Below, piece by piece: positions 61,415-64,000 of a stretch of DNA of 64,000 nt. Made by a program: the position numbers and the translations under genes. Positions within the stretch are counted from its first letter, which is position 1, and the number at the start of each line of letters is the position of its first letter. The DNA is from an uncultured Actinomycetes bacterium (lineage in GTDB: Bacteria; Actinomycetota; Thermoleophilia; Gaiellales; Gaiellaceae): assembly GCA_963817105.1 (NCBI GenBank), contig CAWFNA010000001.1:66711-130710 (forward strand). Direction: 5' to 3'. The notes beneath the pieces are model-generated. The model saw only the letters and a program-made list of their open reading frames with translations, did no database searches and was not told where the DNA came from.

Positions 61415-62854
61415 CAGGCAGCGACGCGCCAGGGGCTCGTCGGACGCAGCCTGCTCCTCGATGCGCGCCACGTGGTGCTTGCGCAGGAGCGCGAGCATCA
61501 CGATCAGCGCGGCGATCATGACCACGGCGCCGGCCGCGAACGCCCAGTGGAAGCCGACGACGAGGGCGTGGGTCGGCGTGCCGCCCGCGGACGCCATCTT
61601 GCTCGTGGCGAGCGTCGACAGGATCGCCAGCCCGAGCGCGCCGCCGATCTGCTGCGACGTGTTGAAGAGCCCGGAGGCAAGCCCCTGATCCTCGTTCTTG
61701 AGCCCGGTCGTTGCGATCAGGGTCAGCGGCATGAACACCGCGCCCATCCCGAGCGACGAGAGCACGAGCGCGGGCAGGACGTCGGCGACGTACGAGCCGT
61801 GCACCGGCAGCTGCGTGAGCAGCAGGAGACCGCCGGCGGTGAGCAGCATCCCCACCGCGGCGACCGGCCGGACGCCGATCCGCGGCGCGAATTGCGAGGC
61901 GAGCCCTGCCGAGACCATGATCCCCGCCGTGAACGGCAGGAAGGCGAGACCGGCTTCGAGCGGCCCGTAGTCGAGGACGCGCTGCAGGTAGAGCGTGTTG
62001 AAGAAGAACATCGCGAACATTGCCGAGGCGGCGAGGAACATCGAGACGTTCGCGGTCAGCAGTGAGCGGATCCGGAAGATCGACAGCCGGACGAGCGGCG
62101 CCTTCGCCCGCAGCTCGATCGCGACGAACGCCGTGAGCAGCACGCCGGAGAGCGCGAAGAGGCCGATCGTCTTCGCGGATCCCCAGCCGGCCGACTGCGC
62201 GTCGACGATCGCGTAGACGAGTGTCATCAGCCCGCCGGTCACCGTGACTGCGCCGGCGACGTCGTAGCTCTGGTCTGCGTGCTCGTCGCGGGACTCCGGG
62301 ATGAGTCGCAGCGAGAGCACGAAGGTGACGATCCCGACCGGCACGTTGACGAAGAAGATCCACGGCCAGGAGAGGTACTGCGTCAGGATGCCGCCGAGGA
62401 GGAGGCCGACGGCCGAGCCGCCGATCGCGATCGCCGCCCACACGCCGAGTGCCTTTGCACGCTCGGCGCCCTCGCGGAACGTCGTCGCGATGATCGAGAG
62501 CGCAGCGGGCGAGACCAGCGCCGCACCGAGGCCCTGCAAGGCGCGCGCGCCGATGAGCATCCCCTCGCTCGAGGCGAGGCCGTCGAGCAGCGACGCGCTC
62601 GTGAAGATCACGAGCCCGAGCAGGAAGATCCGCTTGCGGCCGAGGAGATCGCCGGCCCGGCCGCCGAGGAGGAGAAAGCCTCCGAAGACGAGGGTGTAGG
62701 CGTTGACGATCCACTGCAGGTTGTTCTCTGACAGACCGAGGTCCTCCTGGATCGAGGGGAGCGCGACGTTCACGATCGTCGCGTCGAGGATGACCATGAA
62801 CTGCGCCAGGCAGATCAGGACCAGGACGACCCACGGGTTGGTTGCTCTACTCAT
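61415..62854 (-). CDS. MFS transporter, DHA2 (EmrB/QacA, 14-TM) family
   Basis: FMVILDATIVNVALPSI, GGRAGDLLGRKRIFL, LQGLGAALVSPAALSII. As sequenced it reads through into the TetR ORF (661-aa ORF 60869..62854). Confidence 0.8.
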
Positions 62855-62878
62855 TCGGCGGCTGCCTCGCTCTCATCT

Positions 62879-62926
62879 GGACTCTTCAGTCCGCTTACCG
62901 TAGCAAGAACCGGACTCGCCGGTCCG
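62879..62926. promoter_or_regulatory. two GGAC-N6-GTCC palindromes (candidate operators of the co-encoded TetR)
   Basis: GGACTcttcAGTCC (62879-62892) and CGGACtcgccgGTCCG (62911-62926), in the divergent MFS/META intergenic region. Confidence 0.4.
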
Positions 62927-62969
62927 CTTGGTGCGTGGTGCGGGATCCGCGGGCGGTAGGTTGTGCGCG

Positions 62970-63756
62970 ATGCGTTCCACGCTGACGTCCTGTGGGTTCC
63001 TGCTCGCAGTCGGGCTGGCGGCAGGGTGTGGCGGCAACGGCGGCAGCAACAGCACGGCAGCCACGGCCGAGCTGCCTCCGTTCGTTGATGTGCCCTGGGT
63101 GCTCGACGGCGGCCTCGAGGTGACGGGCTGGGAGGCGGTGCGACCGAGCGCGACCTTCACGGGCGGGACGGTCGGTGGATCGACCGGCTGCAACCGCTTC
63201 ACGGCTCCGTTCACGCTCGACGGAAGCTCGCTCCGGATCGGGACGATCGCGTCGACCAAGATCGCTTGCCAGCCCCCTGCCGATGCGGTGGAGCGCGAGT
63301 ACCTCGATGCACTTGGGCGTGTGGCTCGTTGGCGCTCGGACGGTTCGCGCCTCGTCCTGCTCGACGAGAATGAGAACGAGCTGCTTCGGTACGCGGCCGC
63401 GACGCCGGTGGGACAGTGGGAGGCGACCGCGATCCAGACCGGCGACGCGCTCGCCAGCCCTCTTCCCGGGACGAAGGTCACGGCGAGGTTCGCCGCCGAC
63501 GGCACGCTCACCGGCCTGGCCGGCTGCAACAGCTATCACAGCTCGTTCACGACCGATCGGGGCGGGATCAAGATCGATCCGCCGGCGGCGACCAGGAAGG
63601 CCTGCGCGTCCCCCGACGGCGTGATGGAGCAGGAGGCGGCCTACCTCGCCTCGCTCCCGACGGCGGATCCACTACCGGCTCGACGGCGAGTCGCTCGCCC
63701 TCCTTCGGGCTGACGGAACCTTCGTCGCGTCCTATCTGCGCGCCGCCAAGCCCTGA
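62970..63756 (+). pseudogene. lipoprotein with two META (HslJ-like) domains and one apparent frameshift near the 3' end
   Basis: Lipobox LAVGLAAGC. GGSTGCNRFTAPF and LAGCNSYHSSF mark the two META domains. The end ...YRLDGESLALLRADGTFVASYLRAAKP* is in another frame from about 63665. Confidence 0.7.
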
Positions 63757-64000
63757 GGGAAGAGGCGTCTCTCCGCTCCGAGGTGTGACGGCCACTCGAG
63801 CTTGCTCGCGCGCCCGAAGAGGAGGTACGCGCGAAGCGCCGCGCGCATCGCGTCGACGAAGCCGTCGACGCGCCGCGGGTCGAACCCGTCCTCCCACCAG
63901 AGATCGAGAACCTGCACGCGTCCGTCGTCGCGCTCGATCCGCGGCTCGATCCGGCCGACGAACCGGTCGCGGAAGAGGATCGGCAGGACGTACCAGCCCC
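63732..64000 (-). CDS. YcaQ/AlkZ-family winged-helix protein, C-terminal part only (N-terminus beyond the right edge)
   Basis: Reverse translation: GWYVLPILFRDRFVGRIEPRIERDDGRVQVLDLWWEDGFDP..., the conserved C-terminal block of the family. Confidence 0.6.
   Translation of the reverse strand, partial: GWYVLPILFRDRFVGRIEPRIERDDGRVQVLDLWWEDGFDPRRVDGFVDAMRAALRAYLLFGRASKLEWPSHLGAERRLFPQGLAARR

Overview
High-GC (~70%) actinobacterial-type chromosomal segment. The taxon guess (Thermoleophilia/Solirubrobacterales-like) is inferred from gene content only. I found no rRNA, tRNA, CRISPR array, transposase or integrase. All product calls come from reading motifs in the supplied translations; no searches were run.

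Gene order, left to right:
- 1-5.3 kb: partial HisKA_3 sensor kinase, a membrane-anchored alpha/beta-hydrolase and an MMPL transporter. The last two are each preceded by the same CTCCTAC/GTAGGAG palindrome.
- 5.3-11.1 kb: small stress/detox-type genes (isochorismatase-like, holin-like, SHOCT membrane protein, CDGSH Fe-S protein, GNATs, GFA, two cupins).
- 11.1-20.0 kb: the most unusual region. Eight same-orientation copies of a 60-130 bp repeat each sit in a gap between one or two accessory genes: GNATs, a SnoaL-like protein, LepB, a YcaQ-like glycosylase, a cyclase-STAND-TPR protein and a TIGR02391 protein. The repeat has a conserved core, CTGAGTAGCGTGGATCAATAGGGCAGAAC, plus ~30-bp arms that are inverted in the complete copies. 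This is an integron-like cassette layout with non-canonical sites and no recombinase in view.
- 20-24.5 kb: truncated PaaK-like ligase, TetR, ClC channel, MFS.
- 24.6-37.9 kb: a co-directional, start/stop-overlapping run zwf-GH15-GMC oxidoreductase-aldose epimerase-NTF2-ndh-cydABDC.
- 37.9-42 kb: DUF4239/DUF389/DUF4239/DUF2252.
- 42.3-45.1 kb: a 942-aa secreted Calx-beta/delta-60-repeat protein.
- 45.1-47 kb: MFS/TetR divergent pair.
- 47-60.9 kb: PucR regulator, an N-acylamino-acid racemase + GNAT + M20 trio, an S9 peptidase/beta-lactamase-fold fusion and a Dpp-type ABC importer. I read this as a candidate D-amino-acid-peptide salvage locus.
- 60.9-64 kb: MFS-TetR, a META lipoprotein and a second YcaQ-like gene (partial).

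About 65-70 apparent frameshifts are present, and about 50 of them fall in 26.0-37.9 kb. I cannot tell pseudogenes from assembly indels using this sequence alone.
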